A DNA stretch of 64,000 bases from Candidatus Yanofskybacteria bacterium (lineage in GTDB: Bacteria > Patescibacteriota > Minisyncoccia > 2-02-FULL-40-12 > GWA2-44-9). The stretch lies in the NCBI GenBank assembly GCA_003151795.1, contig PLYL01000005.1, positions 1,011 to 65,010 on the forward strand. The letters run 5' to 3'. Positions 36,174 through 45,525 of the stretch are shown here, one piece after another (the stretch's first letter is position 1; every line of letters starts with the position of its first letter). The notes below the pieces were generated by a model, which was given only the letters and a program-made list of their open reading frames with translations, was not told the DNA's origin and did no database searches. A program made the position numbers and the translations under genes.

Positions 36174-36650
36174 CTACTTCTTTTTTGAGAACAACTTGAA
36201 GTCGAGCAACACTTCTTCAGCGTGGAGTTCGGGCTTTACGTTTTCGTAAATTTTGGCGATGAGCCCTTTCGGATTAATCAGAAACGAAGTTCGCATGGTG
36301 CCCAGATATTCCCGGCCCATAAATTTTTTCTTGGCCCAGACGCCGTATTTTTTGACGACTAATTTTTTCTCATCGGCGAGCAAAGTAAAAGGCAATTTGT
36401 ATTTCGTCACAAACTTGTCATGACTTTTGACGGAATCGACGCTAATACCCAGCACATCAAGTTTTAATTTTTTAAAATCGGGATAGTTGTCTCGGATTGA
36501 GCAAGCTTCCTTGGTACAGCCCGGCGTATCATCTTTCGGATAAAAATAGACCAGCACCCAGTGGCCTAAATAGTCCGACAATGAATGTTCTTTGCCGTTC
36601 TGGTCTGAAAGCGTGAAGTCCGGAGCCTTTTGTTTGAGTTTGATTTTCAT
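36174..36650 (-). CDS. bcp: Thioredoxin-dependent thiol peroxidase (BCP)
   Basis: APDFTLSDQNG, YFYPKDDTPGCTKEAC and RTSFLI. Confidence 0.92.
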   Translation of the reverse strand: MKIKLKQKAPDFTLSDQNGKEHSLSDYLGHWVLVYFYPKDDTPGCTKEACSIRDNYPDFKKLKLDVLGISVDSVKSHDKFVTKYKLPFTLLADEKKLVVKKYGVWAKKKFMGREYLGTMRTSFLINPKGLIAKIYENVKPELHAEEVLLDFKLFSKKK

Positions 36651-36677
36651 CATATTTTGCAATATACTAACTAAATT

Positions 36678-37991
36678 ATGAAGCGTCAACCCCGTAATAC
36701 AACTTCGATTAGCTCGGCCAAAGCCGAGCATGTTCGGTCAAAAATCGGAGTTGATATACGGGGTCAAGATACTCAAAAAACTGTCTATGTCGGCATGTCC
36801 CCGAAGCAATCGCTGCGCGATGCTACGGGGCAGGCGCGCGGAGTTAAGTCTGCGGTTGTTTATGTTGGTATGTCCGGGGGTGTAGATTCTTCCGTGGCCG
36901 CGGCCTTGCTGAAGAAGCAGGAATTTAAGGTGGTCGGGGTTTTTATGAAACCGTGGCAACCAGGCGAAGGAACAATGAGCAATGAACAAGGAACAAAAAA
37001 AAGAGTTTCAGGGGTACCTGCTCATGGTTCATTGTTCAATGATCATTGTCTCTGGAAGCAAGACCGCGAAGATGCGATGCGCTCGGCCGTGGCCATCGGG
37101 ATTCCATTGCTGACTTGGGATTTTTCCAAAGAATATAAAAAGTTAGTGACGGATTATATGATTCGCGAGTACAAAGCCGGTCGGACGCCGAATCCCGACG
37201 TGATGTGCAATAAAGAAATTAAATTCGGATTATTTTTGAAACGCGCTTTGAAAGAAGGGGCGGATTTCATCGCGACGGGACACTACGTGCGTTTAAGAAA
37301 CAATGAACAGGGAGCAATGAACAGGAAACATGTTCATTGCTCCCTGTTCATTGCTCATGATTTAAATAAAGACCAGTCTTATTTTTTGTGGACGCTGACG
37401 CAAGAGCAATTAAAATATTGTCTATTTCCGGTTGGAGAGTATATCAAGCCCGAAGTCCGGAAGCTGGCCAAGAAATTTAAACTGCCGAATCACGCCAAAA
37501 AAGACAGCCAGGGCGTGTGCTTCATTGGGCCGTTAGATATGAAAGAATTTTTACTCACGTATATCAAACCCAGGAAAGGCAGGATCATTTTAATGAGTGG
37601 GCAAGGAAACCTGCCTGCCGGCAGGCAGGTTGGGACTCACGACGGCGTCTATTATTACACTATTGGCCAACGCCACGGACTGGACATCAAAGACGGCGGC
37701 GGGCCATACTATGTCGTCGCCAAAGATATCAAGAAAAATATTATCTATGTCGGTACCGATGCTCAAGCCGTTACGCAAAATACCAAAGTTGAAGAATTTA
37801 ATTGGCTAAATCGGCCATCTTTGCCAACACGTCTGGATGTCAAAGTCCGTTACCGGACGAAGTCGGTTAAAGCTGTACTGGATAAAAAAGGCGTTTTAAA
37901 ATTTGAAAAACCGGAGCGCGCCGTTACCTCCGGCCAGTCCGCAGTTTTCTATCGGGGGAAAGAATTGCTTGGCGGCGGGATTATTGTATGA
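36678..37991 (+). CDS. mnmA: tRNA 2-thiouridine(34) synthase with several in-frame hairpin insertions
   Basis: GMSGGVDSS, TPNPDVMCNKEIKF, ATGHY, KDQSYFL, KDSQGVCF, TIGQRHG and GQSAVFY. Confidence 0.95.
   Translation: MKRQPRNTTSISSAKAEHVRSKIGVDIRGQDTQKTVYVGMSPKQSLRDATGQARGVKSAVVYVGMSGGVDSSVAAALLKKQEFKVVGVFMKPWQPGEGTMSNEQGTKKRVSGVPAHGSLFNDHCLWKQDREDAMRSAVAIGIPLLTWDFSKEYKKLVTDYMIREYKAGRTPNPDVMCNKEIKFGLFLKRALKEGADFIATGHYVRLRNNEQGAMNRKHVHCSLFIAHDLNKDQSYFLWTLTQEQLKYCLFPVGEYIKPEVRKLAKKFKLPNHAKKDSQGVCFIGPLDMKEFLLTYIKPRKGRIILMSGQGNLPAGRQVGTHDGVYYYTIGQRHGLDIKDGGGPYYVVAKDIKKNIIYVGTDAQAVTQNTKVEEFNWLNRPSLPTRLDVKVRYRTKSVKAVLDKKGVLKFEKPERAVTSGQSAVFYRGKELLGGGIIV
36691..36762. mobile_element. CCCG...CGGG hairpin element in frame at the mnmA 5' end
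   Basis: accccgta/tacggggt, caacttcgatt/aatcggagttg and gctcggc/gccgagc stems; flanks GTCAAC / GTCAAG, 78 bp apart. Confidence 0.6.
36970..37048. repeat. Inverted heptamer tandem repeats inside mnmA
   Basis: gaacaat-gagcaat-gaacaag-gaacaaa ... tgctcat-ggttcat-tgttcaa-tgatcat. Confidence 0.7.
37301..37353. repeat. Perfect 23-bp inverted repeat of heptamer units inside mnmA
   Basis: caatgaacagggagcaatgaaca-ggaaaca-tgttcattgctccctgttcattg. Confidence 0.85.
37608..37631. repeat. Perfect 24-bp palindrome inside mnmA (encodes NLPAGRQV)
   Basis: aacctgcctgcc|ggcaggcaggtt. Confidence 0.85.
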
Positions 37992-38028
37992 TAGGTTTTT
38001 CGTATCGTACTTTGTTTGGAGGTGCAAA

Positions 38029-38349
38029 TTGGCGAATCATTACGGCGGAAACAAAGCGCGGTCTATGGGATCAGAACAGGAGTACACGCATTGTTACGAA
38101 GTTCTTGAGCAGTTCATCGGGTCTGTAAGGCTCAATCCGAACCAGACCATCACAGATCTTCGTCAGCGGTTGAGATTGAGGCTCAAACGGGAGAGAGACG
38201 AAAAAAGAGTGGGTTGGATCGTCATCGCCTACGGCGCCCTGACCCTGCTCATCGATTCCGGAATGCTTGCGGTCTCTGCGACAGTGGAACAGCTCGAGGA
38301 ACTTCTCAAGTGGGTGACAATGTTACCCGCTTCTGATTTCATGCATTAA
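38029..38349 (+). CDS. Hypothetical protein (ORFan)
   Basis: GGAGGT SD before a TTG at 38029, in frame with track ORF 37903-38349. Confidence 0.5.
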   Translation: MANHYGGNKARSMGSEQEYTHCYEVLEQFIGSVRLNPNQTITDLRQRLRLRLKRERDEKRVGWIVIAYGALTLLIDSGMLAVSATVEQLEELLKWVTMLPASDFMH

Positions 38350-39935
38350 CTGCCGTTCAGCGTCAAACCACTAAGCAGGCTCGTGCCGGTCATCTCGACT
38401 GGCACGAGCATTTTTAATAATTCCAAAATCGTCGGGGCGACATCGGCGAGGAGGCCGTCGGCTTGAGCAAGAGATTTATTTAGTTCATCAATAGTGCGCG
38501 GACGGGCGTATTCGCGGCCGATTAAATAAAACGGTACGGGATTATCATCGTGCTTGGTCTCTTGGGCGCCCGTGTTTTTATAGATCATCGATTCGACATT
38601 GCCGTGATCGGCGGTGATGAGCATAATCCCGTCTTTGGCTAAAACTTTTTCTTTAATCACGCCTAGAGCGGTATCGACAGCGCGCACACCTTGCGTTGCG
38701 GCTTCCAAATTTCCAAGATGGGCGAGGATATCGCCGTTCGCGATATTGATAACATAAAAATCATAGCCATTGCGGTCTAGTTCGGTTACAACCTTGTCTG
38801 CAATATCCCTGGCCCGCATTTCCGGATGTTCTATCGGATTCTCAAGCGAGTCAATAAAGAAATCGGTTTCGCCCTCATAGGGTGCGTTGCGCAGGCCGTT
38901 GAAAAAGAAGGTCACATGGGCGTATTTTTCGGTTTCGGCGATATGGAGATGTTTTTTACTATCCGCGCTTAACACCTCGGATAAGCAATGATCAATCGGC
39001 GGGGGTGGAAACAACACATGCAGAAGCGGAGAGTCGCTATAGCGCGTCATCGAAGCGAGATAGAGATTAGCGGGAAGCACGCGGGGAAACTTATCAAATG
39101 ATTCATCGGTGAAGGCTTGGACGAGCTGGCGCATTGAATCTTCCCGGAAATTAAAGAACACAATCGCGTCGCCTGCCTTCACTAAATCTTCGGCGGGCAA
39201 GCCCTCTTTGTTTATCATGACCGTCGACGGGATTCCGCCATCGTGGATATCTTGGACATAGTAGCCTTCTAGTGTCTTAAAAATATCATCGCTCGGCGTG
39301 CCTGTACCTTGGGTGAGCAGATTAAACGCAATTTCGGTCTTTTGCCAATTATTATTGCGGTCCATGGCGAAGTCTCGGCCGATTAATGTCGCGAGGTGGT
39401 CCAGCCCGCCGATTTGACCGGAGAGTTTTTTAAGGGTATCGCCTGCTTCCTTGAGCCCGGAATCCCGCCCGTCGGTGAAGAGGTGGATTTTATAAGGCGC
39501 ATTGCTGTCCTTGGCAAACTTTACCAAAGCAATGAGATGATTGAAGTGAGCGTGCACCGCCCCGGAAGTTAAAAGCCCCACAATATGAAGCGTGCCCGCC
39601 TGTCCGGTAGGCAGGGAATTATTAGTCTGGATATGATGGACCGCTTCTTCCAGGGCCGGATTTTTAAAAAATTCTCCGGTACCGATAGCTTTATTAATTC
39701 GGGTCAAGTATTGGAAAATAATCCGGCCGGCGCCGAGGGTTAAATGGCCAACCTCGCTATTACCCGATTCGCCAAAAGTCATCCCCACCGCCGGCCCGGA
39801 AGCTTGCAGAAGCATCGACGGATAGTTCTGAAAAATTTCATCCAAAACCGGCGTCCCCGCGCCGGCAATCGCATTGCCATTTATGTTCTTGGAATATCCC
39901 CAGCCATCCAAAATTGTCAGCACGATTGGCCGCAT
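38346..39935 (-). CDS. gpmI: 2,3-bisphosphoglycerate-independent phosphoglycerate mutase
   Basis: ILDGWG, GNSEVGH, DGRD, FNFREDS, AETEKYAHVTFFFNG and TADHGN. Confidence 0.95.
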   Translation of the reverse strand: MRPIVLTILDGWGYSKNINGNAIAGAGTPVLDEIFQNYPSMLLQASGPAVGMTFGESGNSEVGHLTLGAGRIIFQYLTRINKAIGTGEFFKNPALEEAVHHIQTNNSLPTGQAGTLHIVGLLTSGAVHAHFNHLIALVKFAKDSNAPYKIHLFTDGRDSGLKEAGDTLKKLSGQIGGLDHLATLIGRDFAMDRNNNWQKTEIAFNLLTQGTGTPSDDIFKTLEGYYVQDIHDGGIPSTVMINKEGLPAEDLVKAGDAIVFFNFREDSMRQLVQAFTDESFDKFPRVLPANLYLASMTRYSDSPLLHVLFPPPPIDHCLSEVLSADSKKHLHIAETEKYAHVTFFFNGLRNAPYEGETDFFIDSLENPIEHPEMRARDIADKVVTELDRNGYDFYVINIANGDILAHLGNLEAATQGVRAVDTALGVIKEKVLAKDGIMLITADHGNVESMIYKNTGAQETKHDDNPVPFYLIGREYARPRTIDELNKSLAQADGLLADVAPTILELLKMLVPVEMTGTSLLSGLTLNGS

Positions 39936-40452
39936 GAGTAGAGTATATCAAGAGCTTGGCTTCATGCCCAGCTCGACCGATAATCAACCTGCTCCTGCGG
40001 CAGGTTGCCATCTAGATGCTCGCCCCTTCACCACATAATCTCCAACCATGTCCACACGCATTGTGTCGCGTAGCCTAAATGTGGCTATCCGATGTGATGC
40101 GTTTTTCGTTTTAATTTAAAAAATAAGCGAAGCCTTTGTAATTTTATTCAATCTGCACAATCGGTTGTCAGCTCAGCATTTTTGACGCTATTTCTCTGGG
40201 TGCCGGCCCGAGGATGCCCGAAACGGCTGAAAGCCGCATGGTCGGGCAGGAGTTGCTTCGGACGGCCAGAGAAATTAGGAGAAAATGCTAGAGCTGGCCC
40301 GAGCGGAAGCCTGAAGAAAATTATAAAGGCGGAGCGCCTGTTCATAATAAGGTTTGCTAAAAAAGACCTTTTTCTGTATACTCGGGATAACCTTCCTTTA
40401 ATATTAGCTAGAAAAATCAACACAAATATGGTCTTTCTAACTTTACACAACA

Positions 40453-41985
40453 ATGACAATAGTGCTTTCCACGCTGACCGCGGGGGTTTTGGGCGTGATA
40501 TTCGGCGGGCTGATTGGCTACTTCTCGCGCCAATTCCTCGCTTCTAAAAAGGCCACCAACGCCGAGTCTCGGGCTCAACAAATTCTCAATGACGGCAAGT
40601 CGCAGGCCCAGGACATTGTTCTTGAAGCCAAGAATACCGCCTTAAAGACCCTCGAAGAATCAAAGAAAGAAGAAAAAGAGCGCACGGCTCAACTTTCGCG
40701 TATTGAAAATTTACTCACGCGCAAAGAAGACGAGCTCGAACAAAAGGCCAAAGAATTAGGCCAAGAAAAAGACCAGCTCAAATCAAAGGCGACTGAAATC
40801 GTGGCCTTGAAGACGCAAGTCGAAGAAACCCACGTTCGCCAGATTGTGGAGCTCGAGCGCATTGCCGGTTTAAATCGCGAGACCGCCAAAACGGAATTAA
40901 TTACCAAAATTGAAGAAGACTCAAAAGACGAGCTCTATCGCAAGATGCACAAGCTCGACGTGGATAATAAGGACGAAATTGAAAAGAAAGCCCGCGAAAT
41001 TGTCACGCTCGCGGTTCAGCGTTACGCTGGGTCTCATATTTCTGACTCGATGACCACGGTCGTCAGTCTGCCGTCTGATGAAGTGAAAGGTAAAATTATC
41101 GGCAAAGAAGGCCGGAACATCAAAGCCATTGAACGGCTCACAGGCGTGGATGTGATTATCGATGACACGCCCGAAGCGCTGGTTATCTCCGGTTTTGATC
41201 CCGTGCGCCGGCAGATTGCTCGCATCGCCATCGAGAAACTTATCGCCGATGGCCGGATTCATCCCGCTAAAATCGAAGAAGAAGTGGAAAAAGCCAAAGA
41301 CGAGATGAATGATAAAATCCGCGAAGCCGGCGAGGCGGCCTTGTTTGAAACCGGCGTCGGCCCCGTTGATCCTAAATTGACGCATTTATTGGGTCGGTTA
41401 GCTTTTCGAACTAGTTTTGGGCAGAATGTTTTATTCCATTCCGTTGAGATGACTCATATCGCCGGCATGCTCGCTTCCGAGCTGGGCGCGGACGTCTCGC
41501 TCGCCAAGAAAGGCGCCCTGTTTCATGACATCGGCAAAGCCCTGGATCACGAAGTGCAGGGGACGCATGTCGAAATCGGCCGGAAGGTTCTCCAGAAATT
41601 CAACATGGACCCGCGCGTGATTCAAGCCATGGAAGCGCATCATGATGAGTATCCATACGCGATTCTGGAAGCCCGCATCGTTCAAGCCGCCGATGCCATC
41701 TCGGGCGCCCGGCCCGGCGCTCGTCGCGATACGGCCGAAATCTACTTGAAACGTCTTGAAGATCTAGAGCGCATCGCCAAGAGCTTTGAAGGCGTCGAGA
41801 AGTCATACGCCATTCAAGCTGGCCGAGAATTGCGTATCTTCGTCACTCCGACAAAAATTGACGATTTAGGCGCCATCAAGCTTGCCAAAGACATCGCCAA
41901 GAAAATAGAAGAAGAAATGAAATACCCCGGCGAAATCCGCGTGAATGTTATCCGGGAGACGAGGGCTCTTGAATACGCGAGATAA
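40453..41985 (+). CDS. rny: Ribonuclease Y
   Basis: N-terminal TM, coiled coil, KH (KGKIIGKEGRNI), HD (FHDIGK) and YAIQAGRE. Confidence 0.96.
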   Translation: MTIVLSTLTAGVLGVIFGGLIGYFSRQFLASKKATNAESRAQQILNDGKSQAQDIVLEAKNTALKTLEESKKEEKERTAQLSRIENLLTRKEDELEQKAKELGQEKDQLKSKATEIVALKTQVEETHVRQIVELERIAGLNRETAKTELITKIEEDSKDELYRKMHKLDVDNKDEIEKKAREIVTLAVQRYAGSHISDSMTTVVSLPSDEVKGKIIGKEGRNIKAIERLTGVDVIIDDTPEALVISGFDPVRRQIARIAIEKLIADGRIHPAKIEEEVEKAKDEMNDKIREAGEAALFETGVGPVDPKLTHLLGRLAFRTSFGQNVLFHSVEMTHIAGMLASELGADVSLAKKGALFHDIGKALDHEVQGTHVEIGRKVLQKFNMDPRVIQAMEAHHDEYPYAILEARIVQAADAISGARPGARRDTAEIYLKRLEDLERIAKSFEGVEKSYAIQAGRELRIFVTPTKIDDLGAIKLAKDIAKKIEEEMKYPGEIRVNVIRETRALEYAR

Positions 41986-42102
41986 TCGCTTGGGCCAGCC
42001 CCTACTGACCCGCGTTAAAAGTCTGCTGACTTTTCCGCTCTGCTCTCGGCTATCCGCCTGCGACGGTCGTTAGTGGCTGGTCCTTCGCTTAGTTATTTTA
42101 TT

Positions 42103-42155
42103 AAAAACAAGACCCGCGAGCGCGCGGGGCTTGTTAGCCGGGCGGCTTCGCGGGT
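42103..42155 (-). terminator. ACCCGCGA...TCGCGGGT hairpin terminator
   Basis: Stem-loop with a T tract on the minus strand just after the 42169 stop. Confidence 0.65.
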
Positions 42156-42168
42156 GGCCTGGGAGTCT

Positions 42169-42687
42169 TTACGATCGGATCAGATGTGCTAGAGGTTTGA
42201 AGGCTTTTTCCTCAGCCTCTCTTCTCTGCTTTTCTTCACGTGATTTCTGTCGAAATCTTGTGAGCGCAGCGGGAATGTCGTTGAGGATGGTCTGTGCCCT
42301 GCGGACTTCAATGAAGAGTTCAACCATGGCCTCGGCATTGTCGCGGGAAATTGGCTGGTTGTTGATTGAGCCGGAGACGATTGCACCATTGCTTCTGGGC
42401 TGCTCTCTGGGGGAGAGGTTCAGAAGTACCCGGTTTCCTTCGACCACTCCGCTCAGCGCGATGCGGTCGCCGTGGCCTTGGCTGATGTCTACTTCTTCAA
42501 GCGACACGATGTCGTCCCATGTTTCGACGGACATGCGTCTTTTGAGACCGTAGAGTCCTTGGATACTTCCTCCAGGAGATTCCTTGCGGATGACCTCCTC
42601 GAGAATACCAGGAATTCCAGGTTTTCTTCCTATCAGGAACTCAAGGAAGTCTATTGCATACTGTTCTCCAATCACATCCTTTGCCAT
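42169..42687 (-). CDS. Hypothetical protein (ORFan)
   Basis: 172-aa ORF with an AGGTGAGG SD and a TTGACT..TATATT promoter. Confidence 0.65.
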   Translation of the reverse strand: MAKDVIGEQYAIDFLEFLIGRKPGIPGILEEVIRKESPGGSIQGLYGLKRRMSVETWDDIVSLEEVDISQGHGDRIALSGVVEGNRVLLNLSPREQPRSNGAIVSGSINNQPISRDNAEAMVELFIEVRRAQTILNDIPAALTRFRQKSREEKQRREAEEKAFKPLAHLIRS

Positions 42688-42889
42688 AATTCCTCACCTT
42701 CTTAATGAGTAATATACCCCAATTGATTTATAAAGTCAATGTTAGTAATATCAGAGGTTTTCCACAGGGGTATTGCAATTTTGGCGGAAAACCTGGAGAA
42801 TTAGAAAGCGGAGTTTAAATAGCTTAGGAAAACAATAGTTTCTGGTCGATACTATTGCCAGTAAAATCAATTAAATACAGCAAAATACT

Positions 42890-43180
42890 ATGGCAAATAC
42901 AGCAATGAAGAAGAGTCAGTTAGGCGCGGCACTCGGCGAAAAAATGGCTCTTTCCAAGAAGCAAGGTATGGAAATTATCGACGCTTTCGTGGAAATTGTG
43001 ACCGCGGAAATGCGTAAGGGCAACAAGGTCAACATCACCGGTTTTGGCATTTTCAAGGTTTCCGATCGCAAAGCTCGCGAAGGACGCAATCCTCGCACCG
43101 GCGAAACAATCCACATCAAAGCTTCGAAGAAACCTCGATTCACGCCGGGCAAGCTTTTGAAAGAAGCTATCGCTTCTTAA
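42890..43180 (+). CDS. hup: HU family DNA-binding protein
   Basis: ITGFGIFKVSDRKAREGRNPRTGE..PRFTPGK. Confidence 0.95.
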   Translation: MANTAMKKSQLGAALGEKMALSKKQGMEIIDAFVEIVTAEMRKGNKVNITGFGIFKVSDRKAREGRNPRTGETIHIKASKKPRFTPGKLLKEAIAS

Positions 43181-43208
43181 TCAGTTGACGTATCGGATCC
43201 GATATATC

Positions 43209-43243
43209 AATTCAAAAACCGCGTAGCACGCGGTTTTTGAATT
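43209..43243. terminator. Bidirectional terminator
   Basis: aattcaaaaaccgcgt-agc-acgcggtttttgaatt. Confidence 0.85.
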
Positions 43244-44378
43244 ATTCTTTGAGATATTTCTTGTCTTTCAATTTTTCGGGCAAGAGGTCTTCTTTGGGAT
43301 AGCGAGTGTAGCCTTTGCCATAATCCAATTCTTTCATGAGTTTGGTAACGGGGTTGCGAATCATCAAGGGAATGGGCAAGTTGCCGTATTTTTTCACGTC
43401 GGCGAGGGCTTCCTGATAGGCTTCATATGATCTTTTGCCTTTTGGACATTTACAAAGATAGGCGACGCCATGGGCGAGATTGATGCCGGCTTCGGGCATG
43501 CCGATGGCGTCGACGGCCTGAAAGACGGCGTTGGCGAGGACGAGGGCTTGCGGGTCTTTTAATCCAATATCTTCTGACGCGAAGATAACCATGCGGCGGG
43601 CGATAAATTTCGGATCTTCGCCGGCTTCGACCATCCGGGCGAGATAATAGAGGGCGGCGTCGGGCTGGCTGGCGCGCATGCTTTTGATGAACGCACTGAT
43701 GGTGTTGTAATGCTCTTCGCCCTTTTTGTCGTAGCGGAGAAATTTAGACTGAAGGGTATTTTTTAAATTTTCAATAGTGATGGCGCCGTAGAGCCGATTG
43801 GTATTTTCCAACATCGTAATGGCTTGGCGGGCATCGCCGCCGGCCATCGAGATGAGCCAGTCGCCGGCGTCTTTCGGAATTTTGAATCCCGTGCGTTTGA
43901 GAATCGCGCACATATCTTCCTCATTGAGTTCTTCTAAAACAAAGACTCGACAGCGGGAAAGGAGGGCGGGGATGACTTCAAAACTGGGATTCTCGGTCGT
44001 GGCGCCGATGAGCGTGAGCTTGCCGGATTCCACGAAGGGTAGAAGATAATCCTGCTGGGCTTTATTGAAGCGGTGAATCTCGTCGAGAAAGAGAATTTTA
44101 GGCCCGAATAGCCCCTCCGCGGACTCGACTATTTTGCGGATATCTTCTTTGCCCGCCGAAACCGCCGACAGTTCGTGATAATCGGCTTTCAGGGCGTTGG
44201 CGTAAATCCGGCCCAGGGTTGTCTTGCCAACTCCCGGCGGTCCCCAGAGAATAAAAGAGAAAAGATGTTTTTTATCGATGGCAATCGCGAGCGGTTTATC
44301 CGGGCCGACCAAATGCCGCTGGCCCATGAATTCGGACAGTTCTTTCGGTCTGATTTGGACGGCAAGAGGTTCTGGCAT
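43242..44378 (-). CDS. rarA: Replication-associated recombination protein A (MgsA/RarA AAA+ ATPase)
   Basis: WGPPGVGKTT, DEIHRFNKAQQD, ATTENPSF and ISAFIKSMRAS. Confidence 0.95.
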   Translation of the reverse strand: MPEPLAVQIRPKELSEFMGQRHLVGPDKPLAIAIDKKHLFSFILWGPPGVGKTTLGRIYANALKADYHELSAVSAGKEDIRKIVESAEGLFGPKILFLDEIHRFNKAQQDYLLPFVESGKLTLIGATTENPSFEVIPALLSRCRVFVLEELNEEDMCAILKRTGFKIPKDAGDWLISMAGGDARQAITMLENTNRLYGAITIENLKNTLQSKFLRYDKKGEEHYNTISAFIKSMRASQPDAALYYLARMVEAGEDPKFIARRMVIFASEDIGLKDPQALVLANAVFQAVDAIGMPEAGINLAHGVAYLCKCPKGKRSYEAYQEALADVKKYGNLPIPLMIRNPVTKLMKELDYGKGYTRYPKEDLLPEKLKDKKYLKE

Positions 44379-44496
44379 GGCGATAGTATATCAAAGTAAA
44401 AGAAAAATGTATTAAAATAAAGTAGCCTGTTTATATCTTCCATTGCGGAGTTAACTAGGAAGGCTATAATATAGAAAAGGTCTAATAAATACTCAA

Positions 44497-45498
44497 TTGA
44501 AAATACTCAATAAAGTTTCAGTGGCAGTGTTGGTTGTCGCGGTGGTACTTGGTCTGTCTGGGCTAGTTACCGCGCTCGCGGCCACGACGCCCTCGCTGGG
44601 GACTGCATCATCTTATGGCGTTCTTGGCAGTACCTACACCAACGGGTCGGCAACCACAATTAATGGCGATGTCGGATTTACTACCGGCCCGTCCGTGGCG
44701 CCTTTGGGGACACATACCAATTACGGCAGTGGCGCCCCCTATTCTGCCGCCGGCACAGATCAGGCCACCGCTTTAGCTAATCTTAATAGCCAAGCCTGTA
44801 CATTTACTTTCGCGGCCGGAGCCATCGATCTCGCTGCGGATACGACCCATGGTGCGATTGGAGTTTACGCTCCCGGAGTATATTGCGTATCCGGCGCGGC
44901 CTCCATTGGCACAGCCGGGATTGCTCTTAATGGCGCCGGAACATATATCTTTAGAGTCAACGGCGCGCTTACTACCGTCGCCAACTCTGTCGTTACATTG
45001 CCCGGTAGCGCTTCATCCTGCGATGTCTTTTGGACGCCGACTTCGGCGACTACGCTTGGCGCTAACTCTACTTTAAGAGGAACTATCATTGATCCTTCCG
45101 GCATTACTATCGGCAGCACGACGCTGTTGACCGGCCGGGCCTTAGCTTTTGGCGGAACCGTCACGACCGATACGGATACTATTAGCGTGCCGGCGTGCAC
45201 AACTCCAACGGCTACACCCACCCCAACGCCAAGCGCGACGCCTACCCCGACTCCGAGTGTGACTCCGACGCCCACGGCCACACCGAGTGTTACGCCGACC
45301 CCTTCTTCGACCCCAACTCCCACCCCGACACCAAGCGCGACCCCCACCCCCACCCCCACCCCGACCCCTGTTCCTGGGTTGCCGAGTACCGGAATTGGTC
45401 CCGATGATAGCGGTGCTCCATGGAACGTAATAATTCCCGCCGGAATTTTCGTTGCCTTGCTGTCACTTTATTTAGCTCGTAAGAAATTAACGGTTTAG
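44497..45498 (+). CDS. Ice-binding-like (DUF3494) surface protein with PT linker and LPSTG sorting signal
   Basis: [32 protein letters not shown] and GRALA beta-solenoid motifs; LPSTG-TM-RKK tail. Confidence 0.82.
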   Translation: MKILNKVSVAVLVVAVVLGLSGLVTALAATTPSLGTASSYGVLGSTYTNGSATTINGDVGFTTGPSVAPLGTHTNYGSGAPYSAAGTDQATALANLNSQACTFTFAAGAIDLAADTTHGAIGVYAPGVYCVSGAASIGTAGIALNGAGTYIFRVNGALTTVANSVVTLPGSASSCDVFWTPTSATTLGANSTLRGTIIDPSGITIGSTTLLTGRALAFGGTVTTDTDTISVPACTTPTATPTPTPSATPTPTPSVTPTPTATPSVTPTPSSTPTPTPTPSATPTPTPTPTPVPGLPSTGIGPDDSGAPWNVIIPAGIFVALLSLYLARKKLTV

Positions 45499-45525
45499 TT
45501 TTTGTGGCGATTTTTGATAGACCAT

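Noticed and set aside
41992-42083. Long imperfect hairpin after rny
   Set aside because: Probably a terminator or decayed palindromic element; no second copy was found to define a family.
42833-42861. Possible H-type pseudoknot in the HU leader (caatagt/actattg plus ctgg/ccag)
   Set aside because: The second stem is only 4 bp and cannot be told from chance without homologues.
45205-45370. Tandem repeats encoding PT/TP runs (also near 19050 and 46090)
   Set aside because: Degenerate codons for ordinary Pro/Thr linkers of surface proteins, not a DNA-level repeat system.
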